A DNA stretch of 49,765 nt, counting the filler, from Sphacelaria rigidula (Eukaryota): the NCBI GenBank assembly GCA_964200075.2. It is 3 parts of 3 records of this genome, joined end to end, with 100 filler letters (N's around TTAATTAATTAA, not from the genome) between each part and the next. Parts side by side here need not be neighbours in the genome. Positions count along the whole stretch, not along the records: positions 16,623 to 33,144 come from CAXNAA020001325.1; positions 33,245 to 49,765 come from CAXNAA020001326.1; 1 more part is not named here. The stretch is one strand, 5' to 3'. The position numbers were made by a program, and so were the translations under genes. This document shows, one piece after another, positions 27,201 to 37,410 of this stretch; the first letter of the stretch is position 1, and each line of letters begins with the position of its first letter. The notes under the pieces were generated by a model. That model worked only from the letters and a program-made list of their open reading frames with translations. It was not told the origin of the DNA and ran no database searches.

Positions 27201-27762
27201 GGGCCACTCCGCCAACAGCGAGGGCAGTGATGCTGCTGACTCGTTCTGCGGCGACGGCGACCGCCGGCGAGGGCGCGCCTCCTCGGCCGTTGCCGTAGCC
27301 GCGAAAATCTCCGCGGACGCCGAAACATTCGACGAGGGCAGCGGTAGCGTTCGACGCGCCGGCGACAAGGGAGTCACGAATTCTGGCGGTGGGGAGGTGA
27401 CGGGGGTCGACTTCGATCGAGCTGAGAGCAATGATACCCAGTCACCCGGCGCGTGTGGTCCGGACGACGGATCTTCTTCGCTGTCCTCTTCCACCACTCG
27501 GGATATCACCCGCGCGCTCCCCAGGCTCGGCACGGAAGCCGAACCGGATGTGTCACGTCTGGAATTGGGGCGTGATGGTGGAGATGGTGGAGATGGTGGT
27601 GATGCCCCTGCTGCTGCTGCCGTTCCCGGTAGCCCGCACAGCGGACGGAGCGGACGGAGCGGCGGGAGTCGGCAGAGTGCCGAGTCGGCCGTGGACGTCG
27701 TCGTTGCGTCAAGACCGAGAAGCATACGTGAAGATTCCACGACTGGAACGGACGTGGAGTAA
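21062..27762 (+). CDS. Cytohesin/ARNO-like ARF guanine-nucleotide exchange factor (Sec7-PH-PH), 10 coding exons, ~911 aa
   Basis: Hand-spliced exons 21062-21295, 21914-22072, 22473-22640, 23290-23423, 23779-23908, 24249-24356, 24731-24830, 25222-25400, 25822-26232 and 26650-27762. All introns are GT-AG with compatible phases (2736 nt, no internal stop). Sec7 motifs: KFNMNPKEGLNFL, GLSKRRLGEYFG, FRMPGEAQQIDRIMERF, AYILAFSLMMLNTDMYN. PH motifs: SGWLKKRG..KKWNKYWFVLADTVLYYF and FRAETRIDRDEWVSAL. The start ATG is inferred. Confidence 0.92.
21846..21910 (+). repeat. (AACCG/AAACG)n pentanucleotide microsatellite at the 3' end of intron 1
   Basis: aaacgaaccgaaacgaaaccatacgaaacgaaccgaaacgaaccgaaccgaaccg|cag. 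Confidence 0.85.
21914..22072 (+). CDS. ARF-GEF exon 2
   Basis: cgcag|ATC...CAG|gtgcgc, 159 nt, in frame with both neighbours. Confidence 0.75.
22473..22640 (+). CDS. ARF-GEF exon 3 (Sec7 N-terminal part)
   Basis: EKKEKVGVTKFNMNPKEGLNFL...GLSKRRLGEYFGR; tag|GAG and AGG|gtgagt. Confidence 0.92.
23290..23423 (+). CDS. ARF-GEF exon 4 (Sec7 motif 1 with glutamic finger)
   Basis: LDEALRAMVLQFRMPGEAQQID; catalytic Glu codon at 23404-23406. Confidence 0.93.
23779..23908 (+). CDS. ARF-GEF exon 5 (Sec7 motif 2)
   Basis: IMERFSERYHEENPGIF...AYILAFSLMMLNTDMYNRNLR; the phase-2 junction rebuilds IDR. Confidence 0.93.
24249..24356 (+). CDS. ARF-GEF exon 6 (Sec7 C-terminal helices)
   Basis: ENEKMTQSQFVSNNREIDQGRDLPRQDLEAMYQRVK after a strong poly-T acceptor. 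Confidence 0.92.
24731..24830 (+). CDS. ARF-GEF exon 7 (linker and PH beta1)
   Basis: AAEIRMDEGD...FVAPKKSGWLKKRGK; donor gtgagt at 24831; phase 1. Confidence 0.9.
25222..25400 (+). CDS. ARF-GEF exon 8 (PH domain)
   Basis: YMKKWNKYWFVLADTVLYYF...PRCIIPLE; cag|CA and CAG|gtgaga. Confidence 0.92.
25822..26232 (+). CDS. ARF-GEF exon 9 (end of PH1, Ser-rich linker, start of PH2)
   Basis: GQHRAFVFRAETRIDRDEWVSAL...PVIRGWARTSTDRQP; ttttcag|AAT and CCG|gtgcgt. Confidence 0.88.
26650..27762 (+). CDS. ARF-GEF terminal exon (PH2-like domain and low-complexity tail)
   Basis: Longest ORF in the window. RRYVALF...LHFF...VHLSAVQAV...SYIIVPEGQREVSCWMSHIN followed by an S/G/D/A-rich tail; stop TAA at 27760-27762. 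Confidence 0.88.
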   Translation, partial: SLGRRYVALFRSSDAEDTLHFFGDPVMCDKMVSQGLPTSHDCVHLSAVQAVQVRQEATEGGGCAIVLLIGADAQAGANSSSKSEESAKSYIIVPEGQREVSCWMSHINACCPVEAQRVTVAESTPFSSVGGETTFLSNATLEEHEQDASLSGDAVAELRGSSLLRVANSSEAASMGLATVTSGLGHSANSEGSDAADSFCGDGDRRRGRASSAVAVAAKISADAETFDEGSGSVRRAGDKGVTNSGGGEVTGVDFDRAESNDTQSPGACGPDDGSSSLSSSTTRDITRALPRLGTEAEPDVSRLELGRDGGDGGDGGDAPAAAAVPGSPHSGRSGRSGGSRQSAESAVDVVVASRPRSIREDSTTGTDVE

Positions 27763-30700
27763 TTTGAGAGACAGACATGACAGCCAGGCACAACGTTCTA
27801 CGTGACGAGATGAAAGGTGGAGCCGATATGTAGGCAGCCACCCAGCCACCATTTTTACGCTGTTGACATCCTGTATCTTTTTCGTGTTTTGAGACTTGTT
27901 TCACACTTGTTTCAGACTTTGTGACTTGTGACTTGATGGCTGTAGGGAGCGGGGGGGTGCGAGGTCTTGACTGAAGTTCGTGCGCTCACCCCCCTTACCC
28001 CTCCCGTATTATGCCACTCGTGTGTTGTACGGCTAGTGTAAATGTTCGACCTATGAAGTGCCGTTTCCGTCGCCCCCCCTCCTTTTATTCCGTTATCGTT
28101 ATCGTTCTTGTTATATTTTTGTGTTTCCTCATATTAATTTAAAAGTAAAACCAAGGGTATTTTCCATTTTCCCAATATGGGTCGCGCCTGTCGATTTCGT
28201 TTTTGAGCGAGTTTTTTTTGTGCACCTGAGAGGTTCTGGGACAACTGGACAAGGAAGCACAGTCGAGGGTTACGTACCAATGATGTGCCAATAAAAATGA
28301 AGGAGGGCAGTCACGAAAAGGTATATTTTGGACGGATGTAGGTGGGGGGCGGGGTCGTCGGGACAAGCCTGTTTCATTTTTCATGTCGACGCAGGAAGTG
28401 TCTGTTTCGGGTTCGTGCTGTGACGGCAAATGTTGATGTTTTGTGCTGGAACAGCAAATTTTCATGAGTTTGTGATGTAGCAGCAAATATTTATGAGTTT
28501 GTGCTGGAACAACAAATATTTATGTGTTGTACGGCTACATATGCAGTGACTTGAGGGCACGAGAAAGTAAAGAAAAGGAGCAACGGACAAGGAGGGCCGC
28601 TTCACGGTCTGATTTCCTGTCAAGAAGCAAGAAGCCTTGATGCTGACATGCCCGGCCGCACAGGAGCCGTTTCAATTTCTTTCGTTCACGGCTTAGTGGG
28701 TACTACGTACGCTAGTGAGGTTACATTCTACGGTCATTGCAATGCTCTTGTTTGGAGTTCGGAGTTGGGATGTTTGATACCGGTTCTGCCCCCTGAAGGA
28801 GCAGTACCGCCACCCCGCGCCTTGGTAGTGTAGCTCTAGTCCACTTGCTCAATTCGGTTCCCGAAGTTTCGAAAACCGTCTCCACATCCATGTGAAACTA
28901 CAGGAATGTGGTCCCTGCAGCGATACTTACGCAATATTTCCACGCCTTCCCATTTTTTTTATGTTCACTTGAATTTCGTCAAGTGACCGTTTGCAAAACC
29001 TCGCAGCCCAGGAAACGAAGAAGTGGACTAATAAAAACTTTCAAGACACGTGGTGGTGATATTTGTTGTTTGAGGGCCAAAATAGGCGTTTTCAAATTCC
29101 CCAGCTCAAAAGAATCCAAATGAGTACGAATCTCTACTCGCTGTAGCTTGAGTACAGATTTCGTCTTTGCTTGTTTTTTGTGGGGAGCAGCAGGCACCCA
29201 CTCCTTGTTCGAGGAGAGACGTGTCGCTGGACCCACAAGCGCGTTAGTTCGATTATGTTCATTCCCTGTACGAAATAGCGAGGCAAGCTTGCGTACGATA
29301 ATTGTTTTTTGTTATAATCTAGTCTGTGCCTTGAAGCGTGCCCTTTCCCACATCGTCGACCAGCACTGTGATGTCGAGAGTCGAGGGATTTTGGGCAGGG
29401 TGAGGCAGGAAGGAGAAACTCTGTAAATCAAACTGCTGTACATGCCCCGCTAATCTTTGCGTTGTGGGGACGTTATAGGGAAGTTGTGATAGATGCTGCA
29501 GGAGTAAATCTTGTCCAGTAGATGCTTCACTCCACGTGTTGCGTGTGCCAGAATTTTCTCGTCGGAACGTCGTTCATGCCGCGTTTTGCTTTCCGGAGTG
29601 CACGCGTTTTTAATGTTCATGTAGTGTGGGTTCGGAAACCGCGAGGGCTTTTAGAGAGAGTGGCACATGCGACAAGCAGCTTTGAAACATGGGTGGTGTG
29701 AAAAGGGGGCTTTGTTGGGTCTCGGAGATCTCCGTTTGTTTTTTTTAGTGTCGTGTTCTCGACCAGCGAAACAAACCGTTGGTCGTTTTTTGTACATGGT
29801 TGAACGAGAGCACTGACAGCATGGCTGGAATGCCGAACGCGAATAGTTATTTCTGCCAATCTCGAAAGCCCGGTGTCCGAACCTGATCATGATCAAGAGG
29901 AGGGCGGGAAGATGTGGACATACCTCTTGGTGAAGGTTTTCTTGGCTTGATCGGTCTACTTGTGTTGATACCGTAGGCTGCGATATTTCTTCGCCCCTTT
30001 TTCGTCGTTTTTGGACAGGGGTAGGGGTAAGCGGTTCAGAGAGGGGTGGGCGGGCGGGCGGGCCCACCAAACGAGTATCAAGAGCTATACAAATTCATGT
30101 GTAACAAAGCTGTACAGGACTCTGTCGGTTCAGCGTCCATTGCTATACTAATTTTGTTTTGTTGTCTTGGCAGCCAAGCCATCAACCAAGGCATGAAATT
30201 ACTTTAGGGAGGGTGAGCGGCGGTGCACAGTAAGCAACATCGCGTCATGCCTTGATTTGGCTTTGGGGAAATGTTGCTGTACATGTGAGTTGTCAGCTCC
30301 AGCTTTTGCTGGTTTTTTTTTTCTTTTCCTCAGTTTCGAGCTGTGAGACCGTTTACGTTGGAGCTAGGGCCGCCAGTCGAATGTGTGTCCTGGGATTGTC
30401 GATTTCAAGTCTACTTGCGTACCGTTGTACTCTTGTTTGTACCAATATCGTGTTCACTCGGGGGCAACACCATCTCTTGTCTATGTTTCCAAGGAATAGC
30501 AGTTTGTTGCCGATTTTCTTTTCCCATTCCCCCCTCCCCCCTTTCCCCACTCTGCGTGTTGTTGATGGCGTTAGGCCCCGCACCACAAATTGTTTTCGGG
30601 ACACCGATGAGTGCAGCGAGACAGCGTAATCAAGTGTTCGGGTCATTTGTATTTTTATTATTTTTCGCTGTACCGTTGTTGGTCAAGTTCTTTTGATGAG

Positions 30701-31808
30701 TGTCGTGGAGCAACGGAGTGAAAGGCGGACTAGACAGGATAGCTCACTTTTGTCTTCGTCCTGCATGTCCGGATGCCTTTCCTTTACTCTTCGTGCAGGG
30801 GGCATGGGGGAGTGTGATACTCGGTATTTTAAGCCGAGGGTATAATTTATTGCGCCAGAAGCAATGATGACCGTCAACCCGCAACCACAAAATGTGGTCA
30901 TCCGATGACAACACTGTCGACATTGTATGCTACGCGGGAGAAGCAACAAGCCAGGCCACAGATCATTTCACACAAATATGTATCGGAAGACCTGCCACGT
31001 GCCACATGTCTGATCCCCCCCTCCCTTTTCGATAGAGCACCTACTACTATACATGATCCAGTGGTAGCATGCGTGCGTGACTCTCCACGCACCAACACGT
31101 GTGATTGCGTCATACTCTAATGTTGGCCCGGCGATCACTTCCACCATATTTTGTTCCGAGCAAACTAACAATTCCAGATTATGCGAAGCCACCGAGAGTC
31201 GAGCAAAGCTACACAGCACAACGAAGATGTCAATCATATACGGAACACGTGTGATGACGATGTGTAAACACCAAGTGAGTGGCATCGATCACACATCGTC
31301 GTCGATCAGCTCGAAGCAAGTTTTGTATGGTGTTCCCTGTAAGAATTTTCATCCAGACCTCAGAAAGTGGGCTGATGCCGCTACTTTCTTCTCTTCTGCT
31401 CACTAACATATCAGGGGCAGCGCGTAGACAACGTTGCACGGTTCTCTGCAGCTCTGTGGCTGGCGCGGGCACCAACCAACAAATGACGTATATAATCAGC
31501 AGCATACGAAGCGTCCGCATCAGATGCCCAGTACAGCGTATTGCGCAGATATCGGAACGTTTTTTAATGTGAATACAACAACAACTACTCGGATGCACAT
31601 GAAGCCGTTACCCACCATTACGAGAGGCGCTGCTGAAATGTACACAAGAGTATAATGTACCTGCCATACCACATTAGTCTATCTGCGGGATTCAACGCAG
31701 CTCCTGAGAAGCAATAATTCCCGGATAGTATAACAATAAAAATAACAACCTCTACGGTTTCACAGGAAAATCGTACTTTAACACTGTATACTACTACTGT
31801 ATGCTGCA

Positions 31809-32811
31809 CTATGCTGCGCTCTCGGCTTCCAAGACTGACTTGAGATGACTCAAGCACGCTTCTCTAGTGCCGTCGCGGTGCTCCAGCTGCCAGTGCACCT
31901 ACGCCATCGGCCGGGGAAAGCAAGGAGGCCAAAACAGATTCACACGTCGTAGGAATGAAAATAAAAAGCAAAATTGTTTCGCACGCGACGGGAACAATAC
32001 TACCGCAGCTTGTTACGCGCAGAGGCTGCTGTTCAAGAACGACCAGTGCAGATTGATGATGCAGTCATGACTGCTAGTCACGCACACAAATAACGGCTCG
32101 TCCAAATGTGAAATAAATCCCTCCATGCCGCAACCTCATGTGGATAAAGGATGACTGACGACAACAAAACGCGTGCGAACGAAAGCACACGACCTCAAAA
32201 TCCTGGGGCTCCCTTCATGTTATAAGTTACACAGGTGCGTGCGCAGGGCCAGGAAACGCACCTGCTTGTTCATCAGCTCGCCGATCTTGGGACCCTTCGG
32301 CACGCCAAGAGTATTTATCACATCGTTCCCCTGTGCGGAAGAAGAGCACACAGGCATATTAGTCATCATTAGTCATCATCAGACCCTAGAAACCAAAATC
32401 TCCTTCTCGGTTCGGTTTCCAGTGCCGTCGGCTGGGGAGTAACCTTCACTCGAGCATGGGATACAGCACAAACCACATCGTCCAAGTAATGCCTATGCCA
32501 CTTACCCCGATCAGGGGGGGGATACGCCACGCCATTTCCAAGCCCATGCTTCGCACGGCGTCCCTCAGCCTCGCATACTTGATCATAACCTCCTCGTCGC
32601 CGTTCTCCTCGCAAACATCGACGCTTCCCTCTCTCTCGTCCCTCGCTCGCTTCCCCCCCCGCCGGGCGTGCATGTCGCTCCCGTCAGTACCACCCGCAAC
32701 TGGTACCGTTTCACCTTCTGCCGTTTCGGCCTGTTTTGGTTTCTTGTCTCGAAACTCGCACATCTCCACGGCACAGCAGAGGTCGAGGCAAGTAGGCCAT
32801 AACTCCTTCAC
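31809..32811 (-). CDS. CCA1: CCA-adding enzyme (tRNA nucleotidyltransferase), last three exons; 5' part missing beyond the contig end
   Basis: Exons 32811-32506 (VKELWPTCLDL...MGLEMAWRIPPLIG), 32330-32262 (GNDVINTLGVPKGPKIGELMNKQ) and 31898-31809 (VHWQLEHRDGTREACLSHLKSVLEAESAA*), all phase 0 with GT-AG. The joined peptide matches the C-terminal tail pattern of fungal/plant CCA enzymes (GL..W..KPL..G..I...L....GP.I......WQL..P....E.C). Recognised from memory of the family; the catalytic head is not in the window. Confidence 0.82.
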
Positions 32812-33144
32812 CTTCGTTGCGAGAAAAAAGTATACATCACAGGATGCCACGAGTGTCAGTTGGTGGGTGAAATGCGTCGGTACATCCGAGTGGCCGGGGT
32901 TCGGTCGTGCGTCTGAGTCTCTCAACATGTTGGCCAGGACGGAGCGCTTGTTTCTTGAGCGCTGTCGGTACGAAAAAGTAATTGCAATGCCAATGTGAAT
33001 ACGCACAATCGATGGAGCCGAGCGGTGTATCCAGACACTCACAATACTCCTGGGGGGGGGGGGGGGGGGGGGGGCTTTCTTTGTTGAGGGGTGAATTATT
33101 AAATATATATATATTCTCTTTTTTGGTCACGACACTCAACGAAC

Positions 33145-33244
33145 NNNNNNNNNNNNNNNNNNNNNNNNNNNNNNNNNNNNNNNNNNNNTTAATTAATTAA
33201 NNNNNNNNNNNNNNNNNNNNNNNNNNNNNNNNNNNNNNNNNNNN
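33145..33244. other. Artificial contig-join linker (N44 TTAATTAATTAA N44)
   Basis: Identical to the first linker. Confidence 0.98.
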
Positions 33245-33352
33245 CTGGCGTACTCTCTCATATTTTCATAAGTCGTGTTTTGGATGAAATAAGGGGCTCC
33301 TAACAATTCTAATCTCAGAAAATATTTCTGTACCCCTACCGTAGCATCACTC
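33245..33352. mobile_element. 3' part of the Sola2-like MITE at the contig start
   Basis: CTGGCGTACTCT..TAAGTCGTGTTTTGGATGA..ACCCCTACCGTAGCATCACTC. Confidence 0.75.
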
Positions 33353-33625
33353 GGTACCCAACGATGAAAAATACCGGCCACATCACCGATGATGGTTGAA
33401 GCGCCGACAGTTCTCTCGCTCTCCATCGATCCCCTCGCCAACCCTGATTGTAGCGCTGTAGCTATCGCTCCACACCAGCCCATGATCACCCCCCACGTGC
33501 AAATAATAGCTGATGCTCACGAACTAACCCCAGACAACGGAACGCCTCGCCAATGTAAAACTGGTTACACAGTAGTGTTATTTGTGTCTGCAGTGCGACG
33601 GGAGAGGAGAGTCTGCTGCACTACT

Positions 33626-33943
33626 GACACGTTCTACGATACCCCCTCCCCCCCCCAGAAAAAAAATGGCCAATGGTCACACGACTAAGGCAAGCAACAA
33701 ATGAGTACGCCCCCCAGGAAAAAAAACGCCTGGTTTGGGTAGTCAAAATGTTCACGTAAGTCGAAAGGGAAAAAGCGTAGCACAGCGAGCAGCTGGGAAA
33801 TCCCAAGCTTGAGTTCGTTCTTGCCAATGTCGCCCATATGAGGTGCTTCATACAACCTGAACCCAAACATCAGGCGCTGTATGACCATTGTTTTCGTGAC
33901 ACTTTTGGGCTGGTTCTGGGGAGGGGCTATCGGAGAAAGTGTC
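33626..33943. mobile_element. MITE with GACAC...GTGTC ends and 4-bp TSD (TACT)
   Basis: TACT|GACACGTTCTACGATACCCCCTCCC...GGGGAGGGGCTATCGGAGAAAGTGTC|TACT; homologous to 34280-34526. Confidence 0.8.
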
Positions 33944-34279
33944 TACTGAGCTGTTGGTTGTGGGAATCTTGACTGTATCATACTTGTACGGTACGAATAC
34001 TTCAAGTGAGTAGTACGCGCCATAGAAATCAATCTGATACCAGGCATCTTTCATGTGCGTATGAGCCTCGTCATGCCAGGGGAATCACTGCTTGCCAAAC
34101 TTCATGTACGAATTAGTCTGGATGAAGTGGCGAATAAATAACAGCACGTAGAGATGCGAGAAAGAGTCGTGCTGTACGAATAGTGTGTGAGCAAAACGGT
34201 ATGAAAGAATCGCGATGTACTACTGACAGGTGGTGATCACGTGCGATTGACTCGTATCGTACGAATCAAGATTGCGAAT

Positions 34280-34526
34280 GACACTTTCTACGATAGCCCC
34301 CCACGAAAAATGAATGGTTTTGGAGGCAAAAACGTCACGTAAATCGAAATGGGAGAAGCCGAGCACAACGAGAAGCTGGGAATTCCCACGCTTGGGTTCG
34401 TTCTAGCCAATGTCGCCAATATGAGGCGCTTCATGTAGCCCGAACTCAAACATCAGGCGCTGTATGGCCATTTTTTTCGTGACACTTTTGAACTGGTTTT
34501 GGGGTGGGACTATCGTAGAAATTGTC
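34280..34526. mobile_element. Second copy of the GACAC MITE, 4-bp TSD (GAAT)
   Basis: GAAT|GACACTTTCTACGATAGCCCCCC...GGGACTATCGTAGAAATTGTC|GAAT; internal CAAACATCAGGCGCTGTATG is shared with the first copy. Confidence 0.8.
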
Positions 34527-35524
34527 GAATATGTAAGTTTGATGCATATGATACACACGAAGGTTGGGGAAAATGTACGTCTGATTTATTCCAAAAGAAT
34601 GAAGGATGGGAAAAATATCTGAAAAAATCGTGCCATACGAAGGGCTGGTGGAAAATACGTGCGATTGGTTCGTTGTGATGAAATAAGACGCGGAGTATGA
34701 AGTTGATATGTCGTTTTCCAAGTTCAGGAAAGATATGACTGGCGAGTAGGAGAGCTAGAGCTTAGGTGAAGCCTTGTACGGATAACGTAAGAAAGAAAGC
34801 GGCGGTTACGCAAGCTGCAGTTACGTTCCGAAAACACGTACGCCGTGGTCGCTACCGAGTGTTGAACGACGTGGTTGTTTAGGCATACGATCATCGATTT
34901 CCGTTGAGTAACGACCGATAGCAGCTGCTCAAGGATGGAGGCCTGCATACGCTATAAGCTTGAAGTAACTTGTGATGCGATACATTTTGTTAGATGACTT
35001 ATACAAGAGCATGTAGTGTTTCATAGGATGATTCGGCAATAATAGATGATCACCACCTAGCACCACTCTGTTCTCTACCCGTCGCTTCGGAAGTCAGAAT
35101 TACAGCAGAAACTAATCGAAAGAGTCTTGAGTGTTCTGATCATCTGCTGTACATCCAGCCACCATCTGCTTCGGGTGAACAGGTTCTCAAGAACAAAGCT
35201 AATCAGTGACGCGAGATTCACACGTAAAAAAGAAAAAAGGGTACCAGTTTGATAAGGGTGCATGAAGAAAGGTGTATGTAAAGAGATTATCGATAGGTCA
35301 CGTGTATCACGATCTGAATTCAGCCATGAAGTGTTCACGGGCCTCGAGTTGGACTTGAATGAACGGCTCGAAGTTGCTAGTGGTCGGGATTCGCCGGCCT
35401 TCAAAAGAAAATTCTCGGTAGTGACATTTTGACGTCACGCCAATGGCATCACCATCCAGCGCTGTCTAGAAACTCTCATATATATTATAATGCGAGCCTT
35501 CTCTCTGTCTGCTGCGTGTCTTAT

Positions 35525-35667
35525 CGGGACCAAAAAAAGGAGGAAAAAACAAAAGCGTCCAAAAGCAGCATACTGATTGATCGCCGGGCGGGCCTATAGC
35601 AGCGGCGACTAATCAACATGCTGCTATCGGACGCTTTTTCCTTTCCCCGCTTCTATTTTTGGTCTCG
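35525..35667. mobile_element. Hairpin MITE (family of 6669-6830)
   Basis: CGGGACCAAAAA..AAGCGTCCAAAAGCAGCAT / ATGCTGCTATCGGACGCTT..TTTTTGGTCTCG inverted arms. Confidence 0.65.
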
Positions 35668-35670
35668 AAG

Positions 35671-35795
35671 ACGTGCGGTGGAATCGGATTCGCTCGTGCC
35701 TGATATGTCCACGGTATTCATGTTCTAAACCATCATTCGAGAGGAGAAATAACGTTGACGTATTAGATACGAGCGCATTCGATTCCATCGCGCGT
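35671..35795. mobile_element. Small hairpin MITE with ~48-bp imperfect TIR
   Basis: ACGTGCGGTGGAATCGGATTCGCTCGT... pairs with ...ACGAGCGCATTCGATTCCATCGCGCGT. Confidence 0.55.
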
Positions 35796-35846
35796 TTTCA
35801 ACATCAGTTTTTTTCGTAGAAGACACCGCCTAAGTTCGCGTCTCGT

Positions 35847-35990
35847 CGAGACAAAAAGAAGAAGCGTAGAACGAAACAAGCGTCCAACATCGACATGTTA
35901 ATTGGTCAACCCAACCGTAGACCCACCCGGCGATCAATCAACGTGTTACATTGGACTCTCGTTTCGTTTCTCGATACACTTTTCTTGTCG
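35847..35990. mobile_element. Hairpin MITE (diverged member of the 6669-6830 family)
   Basis: CGAGACAAAAAGAAG..AAACAAGCGTCCAA / TTGGACTCTCGTTTCG..TCTTGTCG. Confidence 0.55.
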
Positions 35991-36114
35991 ATATGACAGG
36001 ACCTCACCCGAACCAAGAAGTAGGCTCGTGGTATGGGTTCGGTCAATCGATGTGTACATCGGTCTGGACTTTCATTTATGGCGAGAAAACGAGGCATGGG
36101 TAGCCCCAGCATTA

Positions 36115-36393
36115 GACCTATTTTGATCTACACTATTTTCTCGGATATCTCAAATTTTTCGGAATTTTCGGAATTTTCGTTCAGACTTCTCCGAAAACGA
36201 AGAGGCTTGGTTTTTTCTCCGGAGCTTCATTTTTGGAGAAGCCCAAAAGATTCGGACTACAACGCAGCCCTTCGGAGAGCTGCCCCGTGTGTACGCCATG
36301 GCGCTCGCAAGCGTTCGAGCGAGTCATCGGGTACCTTACTAATTCCGAAAAAGTCGGAGATCTCCGAAAAACCAGTGTCAATAGTAATGGGCT
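36115..36393. mobile_element. MITE, inverted homologue of 45974-46249
   Basis: CTTCGGAGAGCTGCCCC and GGCGCTCGCAAGC match the reverse complement of the 46-kb copy; short TIRs; TA flanks. Confidence 0.65.
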
Positions 36394-36398
36394 TATAT

Positions 36399-36752
36399 GA
36401 CCGGTCGCCCCGGTGGCTCAGTTGGTGACCTGGAAACCTTCTGACGGTTGGATTGTGGGTTCGAATCTCAAAGCGATCTGGGACTTTTTCTCAAACAATA
36501 CCCAACAGTGGAGAGCGACTATGTCGTGGGTACACAAAGTTTGCCTCAACGGTCAACGAGGGAAAGGGACTGCTGAATCCCTCTCGCGATAAAAAAAAAA
36601 GACAAGCGCCGCAGAAGGAAGATGGAGACTCAAAAGCAAATAAACAAGAAATAAATCCTGTATTGGCCTTCCTCATGTGTGACCCCGGCTAGTGCACCCA
36701 CATCAATCGAAAGATGTAGACCGGCGTCCAGAATAGATGGGACGATAGCACA
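36399..36752 (+). mobile_element. tRNA-derived SINE-like repeat
   Basis: Pol III A box TGGCTCAGTTGG and B box GGTTCGAATCTC followed by a ~270-bp body; collinear with 40769-41120. Confidence 0.7.
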
Positions 36753-36986
36753 CATCGACATCGTTTTTCGGGCAATATGCAAAAAGAGTACACCCTGGTG
36801 TGTTTGTTTCACAAGGACTTCCTGTTCTTGTGTGTGTGTACGATATGTTTTAATTTGACTCGGTGTTGTGCTATGAGAATCTTCAAGTGATTCATTGTGA
36901 GCACCTCGGAGTACGGAACGCTGAAAGCAATCATTCAAGGCTTGATCCTAGACAAAGATATCACCAATACTGTATTTCACCGGTTA

Positions 36987-37410
36987 ACAGTGGATTCTCG
37001 AGAATGGGGTTGAAAAACCAAATGAGACTCAACTCAAAAGCCGTGCTTTCCCCGACATAAATTCATGACAAATTACTTTCATACGGACGACCTCATCCCT
37101 CCCGACCTCCCTAAAACTATTTCGGGGGATTTCTAGCCTTCCGTTCTCCCAAAGGGGATGTGCGAAAGCACGGTTTTTGGTCCAAAACACGTCCTTTCTT
37201 CACCCCGAAATCGAGGCAAAAGTGTGCTTTCACACATACCCTTGGGGGGAACGGAAGGCAAAAAAACTCCCGAAATAGTTTTGGGGAGGTCGGGAGGGAT
37301 GAGATCGTCCGTATGAAAGTAATATGTCATGAATTTTTATGTCGGGGAAAGCACGGCTTTTGAGTTGAGTCTCATTTTGTTTTTCAACCCCATTTTCGAG
37401 AATCCACCGT
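36987..37410. mobile_element. Long-TIR fold-back MITE (~185-bp arms, TA TSD)
   Basis: TA|ACAGTGGATTCTCGAGAATGGGGTTGAAAAA...TTTTTCAACCCCATTTTCGAGAATCCACCGT|TA; the arms are near-perfect reverse complements. Confidence 0.88.

Noticed and set aside
26868..27791. 307-aa minus-strand ORF
   Set aside because: Antisense shadow of the GC-rich terminal GEF exon.
32456..32998. 180-aa plus-strand ORF
   Set aside because: Antisense to the CCA-enzyme exon.
35075..35430. Possible transposase or SAP-domain relic
   Set aside because: Frame has stops and no motif I can confidently recognise.
36405..36480. Functional tRNA gene (also 40775-40850)
   Set aside because: A/B boxes are present, but there is no proper acceptor stem and the homology continues ~270 bp downstream, so it is a SINE head.
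37133..37363. Similar short ORFs at 37.1-37.4 kb and 49.3-49.6 kb suggesting a gene family
   Set aside because: They are translations of the same fold-back MITE.
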